The notes under the pieces are model-generated. The model searched no databases. It was given only the letters and a program-made list of their open reading frames with translations, and was not told where the DNA came from. Below, in pieces: positions 1-9,658 of a DNA stretch of 61,934 nt (positions are counted from its first letter, which is position 1; every line of letters begins with the position of its first letter). The position numbers and the translations under genes are program-made. Source of the stretch: an uncultured Christensenellaceae bacterium (lineage in GTDB: Bacteria > Bacillota > Clostridia > Christensenellales > UBA3700); assembly GCA_944381315.1 (NCBI GenBank), contig CALWKR010000055.1:1-61934 (forward strand), given 5' to 3'.

Positions 1-2165
1 ACGCCGCAATCGCGGAGACTCCGACAAGACCGGGCTATGACTTCACGGGCTGGTACGCAGATGCAGATTGCACGATAGAGTTCGTGTTCGAAGAATATTT
101 CGCCAATGCGAACAAGGCGAGCGAGACCACGATCTATGCCGGCTTTGCGATCAGAGTGGTGCAGCTCACCTATATGAACGGCAGCGAAGTGTTCAGGACG
201 CAGAGCGTCAACGTCAACACCGCCGAGCCGATCTCCGACGCTCCGTCCAAGAACGGCTATGCGTTCACCGGTTGGTACGCGGACGCGGCTTGCAAGACGT
301 TGTTCGATTTTGACGCCTACTTCGCCAATGCGGACAAGAGCGGCGCGACCGTCTATGCCGGCTTTGAAAAGCTCGCCGTGCAGATCGTCTATATGAATGG
401 CGACCAAGTCCACGACACGCAGACGATCACCGAGTCCGTCACCGAAGAGATAAAGACCGTCCCGGTCAAGTCGGGCTATACGTTCATCGGCTGGTTCGCC
501 GACGAGGCGTGCACAGAGTTGTTTGACTTTGACGCCTACTTCGCCGACCCCGGCAAGGTCAGCGTGACGGTCTATGCAGGTTTTGAGCGCGCACAGGTCG
601 ACATCACCTACTACGCCAACGGCGAGATCTTCAATGTTCAGCAGATCACCGACGACACCTCGTCGTCGATAGCCGCCAAGCCGTCCAACGGCGTGCTCGA
701 ATTCACAGGGTGGTATGAGGACGCTCAATGCACCAAGCTGTTCAACTTCGACAACTACTTCGCCGATCCCGACAAGATAAGCGTAATCGTCTATGCGGGC
801 TTTGCGCTCAACGCCGACTGCTATGATATGGACGGCGACGGACTTTGCGACGACTGCAACGCTCCCGTCATCGTCAAGGACAGCAACAACGGGCTCGAGC
901 TGTATGATTACAGAGTGGGCTACATCGCAGGCAATTCCGCCAACAACACCGTCAACCTCGGCGCGGCTATCCCAGGCGGCAGCAGCTATACTCTCACTGA
1001 CGGCAACGTCGGCTCGATCAGCGGCACTCAATTGACGGTGACCAAGCCCGGTACATCGCAGCTGCAATACCGCATCAAGACGGACAGCGGCAAGACAGTC
1101 ATCAAGACCGTCACCGTCCACGTCCTCGACGGCTATACCAATGTGTCGGGGAGCTGGAGCGATCTGTACAACGCGATCATGAAGGACGGCAACGAGAGCA
1201 ACGTCGTCATCCAAGCCCAAATGACCGCGCCGCAAAACGCGCAAAAGAGCGACGGCTTTGTGTTTATCGACTGCGAATGGTCCGGCGCAGAGGAAGACTA
1301 TCCCGAGGCAGGGCATTCGCCCAACACGCTCAACCTCTACGGCAACGCGCTCAAATGGGATGTCAGCGGACTTGTCTCAAAGGGCTATGACGTGTTCCGC
1401 ATTGAGTGGGTCGCCAAGACGATCAACATCACCGACGTCCATATGTCGGGAGCCAATACTGGAAATTCGAAAGTAGACGCAACTGCTTTTGAAGGCTATG
1501 GTGCGTTCTTTGTATCCAACGGCTCGACCGCGCCCACGACGCCTGTCTTTAATGTTAACCATTGTTTGACGGAAAACGGCGGGCAGCACTATCGCGTCGG
1601 CTCGTCGACGGTGAATATCAAGAGCAGTATCCATCGCAATTCTTGGGACGCAGTGATAAAAGCAGGATCCAACAGTGAACCCGGCAATACGATCACGATC
1701 GAGAACTCCGTATTGGAAAATTCGGCTACCGCTGCGATACAGATCTGGACGGTGTCGTCGACGATCAACTTCAAAGGCTTTGTCGATGTCTACAATTGGA
1801 AGAACAGATCTGATCCGCAGGTCCTGATCGATGAGAGCATGATCAAGAATTCCGACATCAAGAAGGAGCTGGCGAATAGCGACTATGACAGTTATTTCGC
1901 GAAGAAAGACGGAAGCTCAGATCATGCAAATCAATACACCAATTTGGTGATACTGAGAGTGGAAGTAGGAGCTACGATAAACGATTATGCAAATATGGGC
2001 ATGAGCACCGTAGAGTATTCGAAGCGAGTGATTTTCAGAACCTATACGGCATATATGAGCTTGATCTCCACAGCGGACTTCGCGTCCGACAATGCGGACA
2101 ATCCGCTTGGGACATCCTTCGACAACTCCGTCCTCAACTACGAGCTTGTGCACGGCAGAAGCTGA
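1..2165 (+). CDS. Surface protein, 5'-truncated by the window edge; Listeria-Bacteroides-type repeats followed by a beta-helix-like C-terminal region
   Basis: Frame is open from nt 3 (AAIAETPTRPGYDFTGWYADADC...), so the GTG at 84 in the ORF track is not the real start. Four copies of the G(Y)xFTGWYxDxxCTxLFDFDxYFA...YAGF repeat and one CYDMDGDGLCDDC motif. Stop TGA 2163-2165, followed by a hairpin plus T-run. Confidence 0.8.
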   Translation, partial: AAIAETPTRPGYDFTGWYADADCTIEFVFEEYFANANKASETTIYAGFAIRVVQLTYMNGSEVFRTQSVNVNTAEPISDAPSKNGYAFTGWYADAACKTLFDFDAYFANADKSGATVYAGFEKLAVQIVYMNGDQVHDTQTITESVTEEIKTVPVKSGYTFIGWFADEACTELFDFDAYFADPGKVSVTVYAGFERAQVDITYYANGEIFNVQQITDDTSSSIAAKPSNGVLEFTGWYEDAQCTKLFNFDNYFADPDKISVIVYAGFALNADCYDMDGDGLCDDCNAPVIVKDSNNGLELYDYRVGYIAGNSANNTVNLGAAIPGGSSYTLTDGNVGSISGTQLTVTKPGTSQLQYRIKTDSGKTVIKTVTVHVLDGYTNVSGSWSDLYNAIMKDGNESNVVIQAQMTAPQNAQKSDGFVFIDCEWSGAEEDYPEAGHSPNTLNLYGNALKWDVSGLVSKGYDVFRIEWVAKTINITDVHMSGANTGNSKVDATAFEGYGAFFVSNGSTAPTTPVFNVNHCLTENGGQHYRVGSSTVNIKSSIHRNSWDAVIKAGSNSEPGNTITIENSVLENSATAAIQIWTVSSTINFKGFVDVYNWKNRSDPQVLIDESMIKNSDIKKELANSDYDSYFAKKDGSSDHANQYTNLVILRVEVGATINDYANMGMSTVEYSKRVIFRTYTAYMSLISTADFASDNADNPLGTSFDNSVLNYELVHGRS

Positions 2166-2179
2166 CGGCAGAGCGATCG

Positions 2180-2205
2180 GGGACGCCTTCGGGCGTCCCT
2201 TTTTG
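2180..2205 (+). terminator. Rho-independent terminator after the surface-protein gene
   Basis: GGGACGCC-TTCG-GGCGTCCC stem-loop followed by TTTTT. A near-identical hairpin recurs at 60880-60906. Confidence 0.8.
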
Positions 2206-2213
2206 TTGCAGAC

Positions 2214-2257
2214 GAAATTGAAAACTTTTTCGCTTTTTCGGGAAAGTTTTCAATTTG
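2214..2257. repeat. 44-bp palindromic element R1
   Basis: GAAATTGAAAACTTTTTCGCTTTTTCGGGAAAGTTTTCAATTTG. Perfect 14-bp arms AAATTGAAAACTTT / AAAGTTTTCAATTT around a 14-nt spacer. Confidence 0.9.
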
Positions 2258-2322
2258 ATTTTCGCTCGGTCGTTAATATTGCCTGAAAATGCTTGTATTG
2301 CAAGGCTTTTCTCTTTTTTTGT

Positions 2323-2367
2323 GAAATTGAAAACTTTTTTGCTTTTTAGGGAAAGATTTCAATTTTG
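2323..2367. repeat. 45-bp palindromic element R2 (copy of R1)
   Basis: GAAATTGAAAACTTTTTTGCTTTTTAGGGAAAGATTTCAATTTTG, about 90% identical to R1 and 109 bp downstream. It ends 3 bp before the -35 of the ATPase promoter. Confidence 0.9.
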
Positions 2368-2369
2368 TA

Positions 2370-2398
2370 TTGACACGGGCTCTTTTTCGGGTTATACT
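2370..2398 (+). promoter_or_regulatory. Sigma-70-type promoter for the ATPase gene
   Basis: TTGACA (2370-2375), 17-nt spacer, TATACT (2393-2398). GAGGTG SD at 2405-2410 and ATG at 2416. Confidence 0.65.
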
Positions 2399-2415
2399 GT
2401 CTTTGAGGTGAGACA

Positions 2416-3618
2416 ATGGCATTGATACCGCGCAAGCAATATACGGAATGGCTGAAGAGTTTCAAAGACAAACAGCTCATCAAGGTGGTTACGGGGATGC
2501 GAAGAGTGGGCAAGTCCACAATTTTTGATCTCTATATTGCCGAGCTGCTTGCCGACGGAGTGCCGCAACAGCGCATTGTCAAGCTCAACTTTGAGGATAT
2601 GTCCAATGCGCCGCTGTTGGACAAATACGCGCTTCATTCTTACTTGAAGTCCAAGCTCTCCAAAGGCGAAAAGACATACATTTTTCTCGACGAGATCCAG
2701 CAAGTCCCGGAATTTGAAAAGGTCGTGGACAGCCTTTTTATAGACCCCGATGCGGACATCTACATCACAGGCTCCAATGCGCGCTTTATGTCGTCCGAGA
2801 TCGCGACTTTGCTGACAGGTCGCTATGTGGAGATCAATGTGTTGCCGTTGTCTTTCCGCGAATATTGCGATCATTTCGGCGGCACAGACAGAAGGACGCT
2901 GTTCATGGACTATATCACCTATGGCGCACTGCCCGGCGCGTTGATGTTCGAAAAGGGCAGTGCAGAACAACGCGAATACATCGAGAGCGTCTATCGCTCC
3001 ATTTTGGAGAAAGACGTGCTCAAACGCAATACCGCCGCAAGCAGACAGCTCGTCGACGCGTTGTTGCGATATTTGCTCTACAATATCGGCTGTTTGACTT
3101 CTGTCAAGCGCGTTTCCGACACTCTCAACTCCAATGGCATAAAGGCGTCCTACAACACTATTGATTCCTATTTCGATACGCTGCGCGACTGTTTCTTTGT
3201 GTTCAAGGCGGACAGATACGATATCGTCGGCAAAGAATATTTGAAATTGATCAACAAATATTACGTCGCCGACATCGGTTTCAAACACTATATCCTCAAC
3301 AACAGCACTTTGGAGCTGTCGCAGATCTTGGAAAATCTAGTATTCTTGGAGCTCAAACGCCGCAGATATCGCGTCACTACCGGCAAGATCGGGGACAAAG
3401 AAGTCGACTTTGTCGTCCAGGACCGCAACGGCGAAATCTCCTACATCCAAGTCGCAGTCACCGTCGCCGACGAAGCCAAGCTCGCGCAAGAGCTGCGTCC
3501 GCTCAAAGAGATCAGGGACAATCGCCCCAAATGTATCATCACGCTCGACGACATCTTCGTCCCCGACCACGACGGGATCAAGACGATCAATGCCCTCGAC
3601 TTCTTGCTCGGGCAGTGA
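2416..3618 (+). CDS. AAA+ ATPase of the AAA_14/DUF4143 (COG1373-like) family
   Basis: 400 aa. Walker A GMRRVGKST and Walker B-like IFLDEIQ. Overall layout matches stand-alone 'ATP-binding protein' genes with a C-terminal DUF4143. Confidence 0.85.
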   Translation: MALIPRKQYTEWLKSFKDKQLIKVVTGMRRVGKSTIFDLYIAELLADGVPQQRIVKLNFEDMSNAPLLDKYALHSYLKSKLSKGEKTYIFLDEIQQVPEFEKVVDSLFIDPDADIYITGSNARFMSSEIATLLTGRYVEINVLPLSFREYCDHFGGTDRRTLFMDYITYGALPGALMFEKGSAEQREYIESVYRSILEKDVLKRNTAASRQLVDALLRYLLYNIGCLTSVKRVSDTLNSNGIKASYNTIDSYFDTLRDCFFVFKADRYDIVGKEYLKLINKYYVADIGFKHYILNNSTLELSQILENLVFLELKRRRYRVTTGKIGDKEVDFVVQDRNGEISYIQVAVTVADEAKLAQELRPLKEIRDNRPKCIITLDDIFVPDHDGIKTINALDFLLGQ

Positions 3619-3653
3619 CACGGCCATATATATTGATATATATAAATGCCGTG
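3619..3653. repeat. Inverted repeat enclosing a (TA)-rich palindrome
   Basis: CACGGC (3619-3624) and GCCGTG (3648-3653) flank CATATATATTGATATATATAAAT, immediately after the ATPase stop. No T-run follows. Confidence 0.8.
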
Positions 3654-3841
3654 GTCGCGTGGCGACGTGCCGTGTGGCGGCTGGTCGCGTGGCGACGGCA
3701 TTGTGGGGGCTTTCTTGGCGTTGCGATAAAAAACAGCGTCACCCTTGCTTGACAGTCGCGTGGCGACGTGCCGTGTGACGGCGGCATTGTAGAGGCTTTC
3801 TTGGCGTTGCAATAAAAAAACAGCGTCACGGATACTTGACG
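3653..3841. repeat. Intergenic tandem repeat cluster 1 (2 units, about 103 and 86 bp)
   Basis: Units carry GTCGCGTGGCGAC (3 copies), TGCCGTGTG(G/A)CGG, GGCATTGT, GGCTTTCTTGGCGTTGC(G/A)ATAAAAAA(A)CAGCGTCAC and CTTGAC(A)G. The same element architecture occurs at 26401-26647. Confidence 0.9.
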
Positions 3842-3963
3842 AAAAAGATGCGGAGCAGGGGAGTGAAAATAAACAAGAGTTTTCGATTCAGCCGAGATAC
3901 GGCTTATTTGAAAAATTTTACATAAATTTTACATTTCGATTTTGCCTTTTTTGCGCAAAACAT

Positions 3964-3992
3964 TTGACTTAATTTTGCCGTAACTCTATAAT
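3964..3992 (+). promoter_or_regulatory. Promoter of the S10 ribosomal protein operon
   Basis: TTGACT (3964-3969), 17-nt spacer, TATAAT (3987-3992). A/T-rich upstream region contains a duplicated AAATTTTACAT. A 5' leader of about 165 nt runs to rpsJ. Confidence 0.75.
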
Positions 3993-4163
3993 ACCATCTG
4001 CACGTTGCATCGGGATGAAGCATAAGGTTACCCGTCAAGGGAGAACTTATGCGGACAAATGTCCGAATGATCGGGCGACTAACGGAGGCGGACTGCCCGC
4101 CTTTTCAAATGCGGCGATGCGAAACACACGGATGCGTGAATCAAGTTAGGAAAGGAGAAAAAC

Positions 4164-4472
4164 ATGGCAGGACTTATCATCAGAATCAGGCTCAGAGCCT
4201 ATGACCACAACCTTATCGACGAAGCTGCAAGCAAGATCGTCGAGACCGTCACGAGATGCGGCGTAAAAGTCGGCGGACCCATTCCGCTCCCGACCGAGAA
4301 AGAAGTCGTGACGAGACTGCGCGCTGTCCACAAGGACAAGGACAGCAGAGAGCAATTCGAATTGCGCACTCACAAGAGACTCATCGACATCTACAGCCCG
4401 ACCAAGGCGGCGATGACGGCGCTCGAGAAGCTCAATCTGCCCGCAGGCGTAGACATAAAGATCAAATTTTGA
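4164..4472 (+). CDS. rpsJ: 30S ribosomal protein uS10
   Basis: 102 aa with [10 protein letters not shown]...GPIPLPT...HKRLIDI. AAGGAG SD 6 nt upstream. Confidence 0.98.
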   Translation: MAGLIIRIRLRAYDHNLIDEAASKIVETVTRCGVKVGGPIPLPTEKEVVTRLRAVHKDKDSREQFELRTHKRLIDIYSPTKAAMTALEKLNLPAGVDIKIKF

Positions 4473-4516
4473 CAACAGGCCGCGACGCGGCAAATATTCG
4501 GAGGTGAACTTTATCT

Positions 4517-5146
4517 ATGAATAAAGCAATCATTGGAAAGAAACTGGGAATGAGCCAAGTCTTCACCGAAGACGGCATTGTGATCCCGGTGACGGTCGTC
4601 GAGGCAGGACCCTGCCCCGTTGTGCAAAAGAAGACCGTGGACAAGGACGGCTATGACGCCGTGCAGGTAGCTTTCGGATCCATCAAGGAGAAGAACGTGA
4701 ACAAGCCCGTCAAGGGACACTTCAAGAAGGCGAACGTCGAAGTCAAGCGTTGGCTCAAAGAGTTCAGACTTGACGACTGCAGCTCGCTCGAAGTGGGCAG
4801 CGCGATCACTTGCGACGTCTTCGCAGAAGGCGACAAGGTGGACGTCGTCGGCACCAGCAAGGGCAAAGGCTTTACCGGTGCGATCAAGAGATGGAATCAG
4901 CATTGCGGACCGATGGCACACGGTTCCGGTTACCACAGAGGCGTCGGTTCTTTGAGCGCCAACTCGACCCCGTCGAGAGTGTTCAAGAACAAGAAGATGT
5001 CCGGACATTGGGGCAACGAGCGCGTCACGGTGCAGAACCTGACCGTCGTCAGAGTTGACAAGGAGCGCAATCTCCTTCTCGTCAAGGGAGCGATCCCCGG
5101 TCCCAAGGGCGGCATGGTCGTCGTCAAGACGTCCTGCAAGGCATAA
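4517..5146 (+). CDS. rplC: 50S ribosomal protein uL3
   Basis: 209 aa with [11 protein letters not shown]...[12 protein letters not shown]; operon position. Confidence 0.98.
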   Translation: MNKAIIGKKLGMSQVFTEDGIVIPVTVVEAGPCPVVQKKTVDKDGYDAVQVAFGSIKEKNVNKPVKGHFKKANVEVKRWLKEFRLDDCSSLEVGSAITCDVFAEGDKVDVVGTSKGKGFTGAIKRWNQHCGPMAHGSGYHRGVGSLSANSTPSRVFKNKKMSGHWGNERVTVQNLTVVRVDKERNLLLVKGAIPGPKGGMVVVKTSCKA

Positions 5147-5162
5147 GTAGGAGAGCGTGAAA

Positions 5163-5804
5163 ATGATGAACTTAGACGTATTCAATACAAGCGCGAAGAA
5201 GACGGGCAGCATCGAAGTCAGTGAGAAGGTCTTCGGCTGCGAGTACAACGAGCCCCTCGTGCATCAAGCTGTCGTCGCCTATCTCGCCAATCAGAGACAG
5301 GGAAACAAGAGCACTTTGACGCGCAGCGAGGTCAGAGGCGGAGGCAAAAAGCCGTGGCGCCAAAAGGGCACCGGCAGAGCAAGACAAGGCTCCATCCGCA
5401 GCCCGCAATGGACAGGCGGCGGCGTTGTCTTTGCGCCCAAGCAGAGAGATTTTTCGCAAAAACTCAACAAGCAGATGAAGAGAGCGGCGTTCTTGAGCGC
5501 TCTTTCGGCGAGAGTCGCCGACGGCGGCATGATCGTCCTCGACAAGCTCGAGCTCAAAGATGCCAAGACCAAGTTGATGGCCGACATCCTCAAGAAGTTC
5601 GGCACGAGCGGCAAGGTCCTCGTCGTCACCGATACCGATGACGTCAAGGTGCTCAGAGCGAGCGGCAACATCCCCGGTCTGACTGTCGCCAACGTCGATC
5701 TCGTCAACGTATATGAGCTCGCCGCCAACGCGAAGTGCTTTGTCACCAAAGCGGCTGTCGAAAAGCTCAACGCCAAGTACGGCGCCGAGGAGGTAACCGA
5801 ATAA
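5163..5804 (+). CDS. rplD: 50S ribosomal protein uL4
   Basis: Contains [25 protein letters not shown]. The ORF track starts at GTG 5157, but ATG 5163 sits 9 nt after AGGAG (5149-5153), so it is preferred. Confidence 0.95.
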   Translation: MMNLDVFNTSAKKTGSIEVSEKVFGCEYNEPLVHQAVVAYLANQRQGNKSTLTRSEVRGGGKKPWRQKGTGRARQGSIRSPQWTGGGVVFAPKQRDFSQKLNKQMKRAAFLSALSARVADGGMIVLDKLELKDAKTKLMADILKKFGTSGKVLVVTDTDDVKVLRASGNIPGLTVANVDLVNVYELAANAKCFVTKAAVEKLNAKYGAEEVTE

Positions 5805-6094
5805 TGAACAAGTACGACATCATCGTCAGCCCCATGCTGACCGAGAAGAGTTATGACGGCATACAGTCCAAGAGGTACACCTTCAAGGTGGACAAGAGAG
5901 CGACCAAGACCCAGATCAAAGTCGCCGTCGAGGACATATTCGGAGTCAAGGTAGAAAAGGTAAACACCTCTAACTACGACGGAAAGAAGAAGCGCATGGG
6001 AAGATACGAGGGCACCACCTCTTCCTTCAAAAAGGCGATCGTTCAGCTTTCCAAGGACAGCAAGCCCATCGAGTTCTTCGAGAGCTTGTCCTGA
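5804..6094 (+). CDS. rplW: 50S ribosomal protein uL23
   Basis: [16 protein letters not shown]... The ATG overlaps the rplD TAA (TAATG). The track ORF from 5735 is an upstream extension. Confidence 0.96.
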   Translation: MNKYDIIVSPMLTEKSYDGIQSKRYTFKVDKRATKTQIKVAVEDIFGVKVEKVNTSNYDGKKKRMGRYEGTTSSFKKAIVQLSKDSKPIEFFESLS

Positions 6095-6109
6095 TAGGAG
6101 GAACACAGA

Positions 6110-6934
6110 ATGGCACTCAAAAGATACAATCCCACTTCGGACGGTCGCCGTCATATGACGAGCCTCTCGTTTGACGAGATCACTACGACCAAGCCGGAGA
6201 AGAGCCTGCTCCAAAGCAGGAGCAAGACGGGCGGCCGCAACGCAAACGGCAGGATCACCGTCAGACACATCGGCGGCGGCAACCGCAACAAATATCGCAT
6301 CATCGACTTCAAACGCAACAAGGACGAAGTCCCCGCAAAGGTCGCTTCGATCGAGTACGATCCCAACAGAAGCGCCAACATCGCGCTGTTGCACTATGCG
6401 GACGGCGAGAAGAGATACATCCTCGCTCCCGTCGGACTGCAAGTCGGCGACGTCGTCGTCAGCGGCGAGAACGCGGACATCAAGGCAGGCAACGCGCTTC
6501 CGCTCGAAAAGATCCCCGTCGGTACCCTCGTCCACAACATCGAGATGCAGCCCGGCAGAGGCGGCCAGATCGCGAGAGCCGCAGGCGGCAGCGCTCAGCT
6601 GATGGCGAAAGAGGGCAAGTACGCGACGCTCAGACTCCCCAGCGGCGAGATGAGAGTCGTCCCCGTCAAGTGCAGAGCAACCGTCGGTCAAGTCGGCAAT
6701 CTCGAGCACGAGATCGTCAGCATCGGCAAGGCGGGACGTCATCGTCACATGGGCGTCAGACCGACCGTCAGAGGCGTGGTCATGAACCCCAACGACCACC
6801 CGCACGGCGGCGGCGAGGGCAAATCGCCCATCGGTATGCCCAGCCCTGTTACCCCGTGGGGCGTTCCGACACTCGGCTACAAGACGAGAAAGAAGAACAA
6901 GAGCAACAAGTTTATTATCAAGCGTATAAACTAA
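6110..6934 (+). CDS. rplB: 50S ribosomal protein uL2
   Basis: 274 aa with [13 protein letters not shown]...[12 protein letters not shown]. Confidence 0.98.
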   Translation: MALKRYNPTSDGRRHMTSLSFDEITTTKPEKSLLQSRSKTGGRNANGRITVRHIGGGNRNKYRIIDFKRNKDEVPAKVASIEYDPNRSANIALLHYADGEKRYILAPVGLQVGDVVVSGENADIKAGNALPLEKIPVGTLVHNIEMQPGRGGQIARAAGGSAQLMAKEGKYATLRLPSGEMRVVPVKCRATVGQVGNLEHEIVSIGKAGRHRHMGVRPTVRGVVMNPNDHPHGGGEGKSPIGMPSPVTPWGVPTLGYKTRKKNKSNKFIIKRIN

Positions 6935-6949
6935 GCGGAGGATTGAAGA

Positions 6950-7228
6950 ATGAGCAGATCTGTAAAGAAAGGGCCTTTCGTCGAAGAGAGGCTGATCAAG
7001 AGAATCATCGCCATGAACGAGGCCAACGAGAAGAAGGTCATCAAGACCTGGTCGCGTTCTTCTACGATCTTCCCCGAGATGGTCGGACATACGATCGCGG
7101 TCCACGACGGTCGCAAGCACGTCCCCGTCTACATCACCGAGGATATGGTCGGCTGCAAGCTCGGAGAGTTCGCTCCCACCCGTACCTTCAAGGGCCATGC
7201 GGGCGAGAAGACCACCGGCAAAAAGTAA
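6950..7228 (+). CDS. rpsS: 30S ribosomal protein uS19
   Basis: 92 aa starting [11 protein letters not shown], with [17 protein letters not shown]. Confidence 0.98.
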   Translation: MSRSVKKGPFVEERLIKRIIAMNEANEKKVIKTWSRSSTIFPEMVGHTIAVHDGRKHVPVYITEDMVGCKLGEFAPTRTFKGHAGEKTTGKK

Positions 7229-7243
7229 TGGAGGCAAAGCAAA

Positions 7244-7630
7244 ATGGCTAAGAGAATAAGAGAAAAAGCTGCGGCGCGCAGAGAGAGCGCGGACAAGCGT
7301 CCCAGAGCCGTAGCCAAGTACGTCAGAATTTCCCCCGACAAGGTCAGGATCGTCCTCGACGTCATTCGCGGAGCGGGCTATACCGAGGCTGTTGCGATGC
7401 TCAAAGCTACGCGCAAAGCTGCCTGCGAGCCGTTGCTCAAAGTGTTGAATTCGGCTGCCGCCAATGCGGAGAACAATCTCAATATGGACAAGAGCAACCT
7501 CTATGTCGCCGAGTGCTATGCCAACGCCGGCCCCATCCTCAAGAGAGTCATGCCCAGAGCCAAGGGCAGCGCCGCGAGGATCAACAAGAGAACGAGCCAC
7601 ATCACCGTCATTCTCGACGAGAAGGCCTGA
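7244..7630 (+). CDS. rplV: 50S ribosomal protein uL22
   Basis: 128 aa with [16 protein letters not shown]...[11 protein letters not shown]. Confidence 0.97.
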   Translation: MAKRIREKAAARRESADKRPRAVAKYVRISPDKVRIVLDVIRGAGYTEAVAMLKATRKAACEPLLKVLNSAAANAENNLNMDKSNLYVAECYANAGPILKRVMPRAKGSAARINKRTSHITVILDEKA

Positions 7631-7647
7631 TACGGAGGAGAGAGAAC

Positions 7648-8319
7648 ATGGGTCAAAAAGTAAGTCCCAAGGGCATGAGAGTGGGCGTCATCAAAGATTG
7701 GGACGCTCAATGGTACGCCGACAAGAAGAACTTTGCCGACTACCTCATCGAGGACAACAAGATAAGAAAGTACATCAAGAGCAAGTACTATGACTGCGCG
7801 ATCTCCCGCATCGCGATCAACAGGATCAGCTCCGTCGGCATCGTGACCGTCAACGTCTACACCGCCAAGCCCGCCGTTCTCATCGGCAAGCAGGGCGCAG
7901 GCGTCGATCAAATGACCAAAGAGGTCAAGAAGATCGCCGGCAACAAGGACGTCAGCATCAACGTGTTCGAAGTCAAGAGACCCGACGTCGACGCGCAGCT
8001 CGTCTCGGAGTTCGTCGCTCAAAAGCTCGAAGACAGACAGTCCTTCCGCCGCACGATGAAGCAGGCTATCGGCCGCGCTATGAAAGCGGGCGCCAAGGGC
8101 GTCAAGATCATGGTCTCCGGCAGACTTGACGGCGCAGAGATCGCAAGGAGCGAAAAGTATCACGAGGGTTCCATCCCCCTTCAGACGCTCAGAGCCGACA
8201 TCGATTACGGCTTTGCGCAAGCCAAGACGACCTTCGGCATCATCGGCGTCAAGGTTTGGATCTACAAGGGCGAAGTCCTCGGCAAAACCGCTGTCTCCAG
8301 CGAAGGAGGAAATGCATAA
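7648..8319 (+). CDS. rpsC: 30S ribosomal protein uS3
   Basis: [24 protein letters not shown]... ATG 7648 follows GGAGGAG. The track ORF from 7513 is an in-frame upstream extension. Confidence 0.97.
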   Translation: MGQKVSPKGMRVGVIKDWDAQWYADKKNFADYLIEDNKIRKYIKSKYYDCAISRIAINRISSVGIVTVNVYTAKPAVLIGKQGAGVDQMTKEVKKIAGNKDVSINVFEVKRPDVDAQLVSEFVAQKLEDRQSFRRTMKQAIGRAMKAGAKGVKIMVSGRLDGAEIARSEKYHEGSIPLQTLRADIDYGFAQAKTTFGIIGVKVWIYKGEVLGKTAVSSEGGNA

Positions 8320-8765
8320 TGTTAATTCCTAAGAGAGTCAAGAGACGCCGCGTTCACCGCGGTAGAATGACCGGAAAGGCGAACAAGGGCAACCGTGTGG
8401 CGTACGGCGAGTACGGACTCATGGCGCTCGAGCCGGGATGGATCACTTCCAACCAGATCGAGGCTGCTCGTATCGCTATGACAAGATACATCAAGAGAGG
8501 CGGCAAGGTGTGGATCGACATCTTCCCCCACAAGCCGATCACCAAGAAGCCTGCCGAGACCCGTATGGGTAGCGGTAAGGGAAGCGTCGAATATTGGGTA
8601 GCGGTCGTCAAGCCGGGCAGAGTCATGTTCGAGATGGCGGGCGTTTCCGAAGAGATCGCGAGAGAGGCGCTCCGCCTTGCGGGACACAAGCTCCCCGTCA
8701 AGTGCAAGTTCGTCAAGAAAGAGGCGGACGACAATCAAGAGGTGAACGAAGATGAAAGCAACTAA
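8319..8765 (+). CDS. rplP: 50S ribosomal protein uL16 with an acidic C-terminal tail
   Basis: [21 protein letters not shown]... The ATG overlaps the rpsC TAA. The C-terminus ends [16 protein letters not shown]. Confidence 0.96.
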   Translation: MLIPKRVKRRRVHRGRMTGKANKGNRVAYGEYGLMALEPGWITSNQIEAARIAMTRYIKRGGKVWIDIFPHKPITKKPAETRMGSGKGSVEYWVAVVKPGRVMFEMAGVSEEIAREALRLAGHKLPVKCKFVKKEADDNQEVNEDESN

Positions 8766-8994
8766 CTTTTTCGAAATGACCAACGACGAGTTGCAGGTCA
8801 AGCTCGCGTCGCTTAAACAGGATCTTTTCAACCTCCGTTTCAAGCACAAGGCGGGCAACCTCGACAACAACAGTCAGATCGCCGTCTGCAAGAAGGACAT
8901 CGCAAGATGCATGACCGTCATTCGTCAGAGAGAGCTCAAGATCTGCGAAGAGCCGGCGAAGGCTGTCAAGAAGACCGCGAAGAAGGCGAAGTAA
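8752..8994 (+). CDS. rpmC: 50S ribosomal protein uL29 with a Lys/Ala-rich C-terminal extension
   Basis: 80 aa with [22 protein letters not shown]. Tail [15 protein letters not shown]. Overlaps the rplP end by 14 nt. Confidence 0.95.
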   Translation: MKATNFFEMTNDELQVKLASLKQDLFNLRFKHKAGNLDNNSQIAVCKKDIARCMTVIRQRELKICEEPAKAVKKTAKKAK

Positions 8995-9005
8995 GGAGAT
9001 CGATC

Positions 9006-9260
9006 ATGGAAAGAAATCTTAGAAAGAACAGAGTCGGCGTGGTCGTCAGCGACAAGATGGACAAGACGGTCGTCGTCGCCATCAGAGAGCGCGTCAAGCA
9101 CCCCCTCTATGGCAAGATCGTCAACAGGACCAAGAAGTTCAAGGCTCACGACGAGCTCAACGAGTGCGGCATCGGCGACAGAGTGCTGATCGCCGAGACG
9201 AGACCGCTCAGCAGAGACAAGCGCTGGCGCGTCGTCAAGATAGTGGAAAAGGCGAAATAA
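9006..9260 (+). CDS. rpsQ: 30S ribosomal protein uS17
   Basis: [24 protein letters not shown]...HDE..EC..GD.V.I.E.RPLS. ATG follows AAGGAG. Confidence 0.97.
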   Translation: MERNLRKNRVGVVVSDKMDKTVVVAIRERVKHPLYGKIVNRTKKFKAHDELNECGIGDRVLIAETRPLSRDKRWRVVKIVEKAK

Positions 9261-9276
9261 TCAAGGAGGAACCGAT

Positions 9277-9645
9277 ATGATACAACCCGAAACAAGACTG
9301 AACGTAGCGGACAACTCCGGCGCCAAGGAAATCAAGTGCATCAGAGTTCTCGGCGGATCTTTCCGCAGGAGCGGCAATATCGGCGACGTCATCGTCGCGG
9401 CGGTGCAGAGCGCCATCCCCGGCGGCGCCGTCAAGAAGGGCGACGTAGTCAAGGCTGTCATCGTCAGGACCAGCAAGGGCGTCAGAAGAAACGACGGTTC
9501 CTACATCAGGTTCGACGACAACGCTGCAGTCATCATCGACAACCAAAAGCAGCCCAGAGGCACCCGTATCTTCGGACCCATTGCGAGAGAACTCCGCGAC
9601 AAGGACTACATGAAGATCATATCCCTTGCGCCCGAGGTCATTTGA
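9277..9645 (+). CDS. rplN: 50S ribosomal protein uL14
   Basis: 122 aa starting [18 protein letters not shown]. Confidence 0.98.
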   Translation: MIQPETRLNVADNSGAKEIKCIRVLGGSFRRSGNIGDVIVAAVQSAIPGGAVKKGDVVKAVIVRTSKGVRRNDGSYIRFDDNAAVIIDNQKQPRGTRIFGPIARELRDKDYMKIISLAPEVI

Positions 9646-9658
9646 GGAGGACACAACA

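Noticed and set aside
2416-3618. The DUF4143 AAA ATPase as part of a defence or mobile element
   Set aside because: It is a single gene with its own promoter. It has no nuclease, methylase or toxin partner and no recombinase. The flanking repeats are not terminal inverted repeats of each other.
5291-7600. 769-aa minus-strand ORF spanning rplD to rplV. Similar long antisense ORFs occur at 9638-10705, 11767-12969, 13339-14688, 17586-18260 and 18038-19102.
   Set aside because: These are shadow ORFs opposite unmistakable ribosomal and secY genes in GC-rich DNA. Their translations are Arg/Asp/His/Gly/Val-rich and low in complexity, have no SD, and resemble nothing I recognise.
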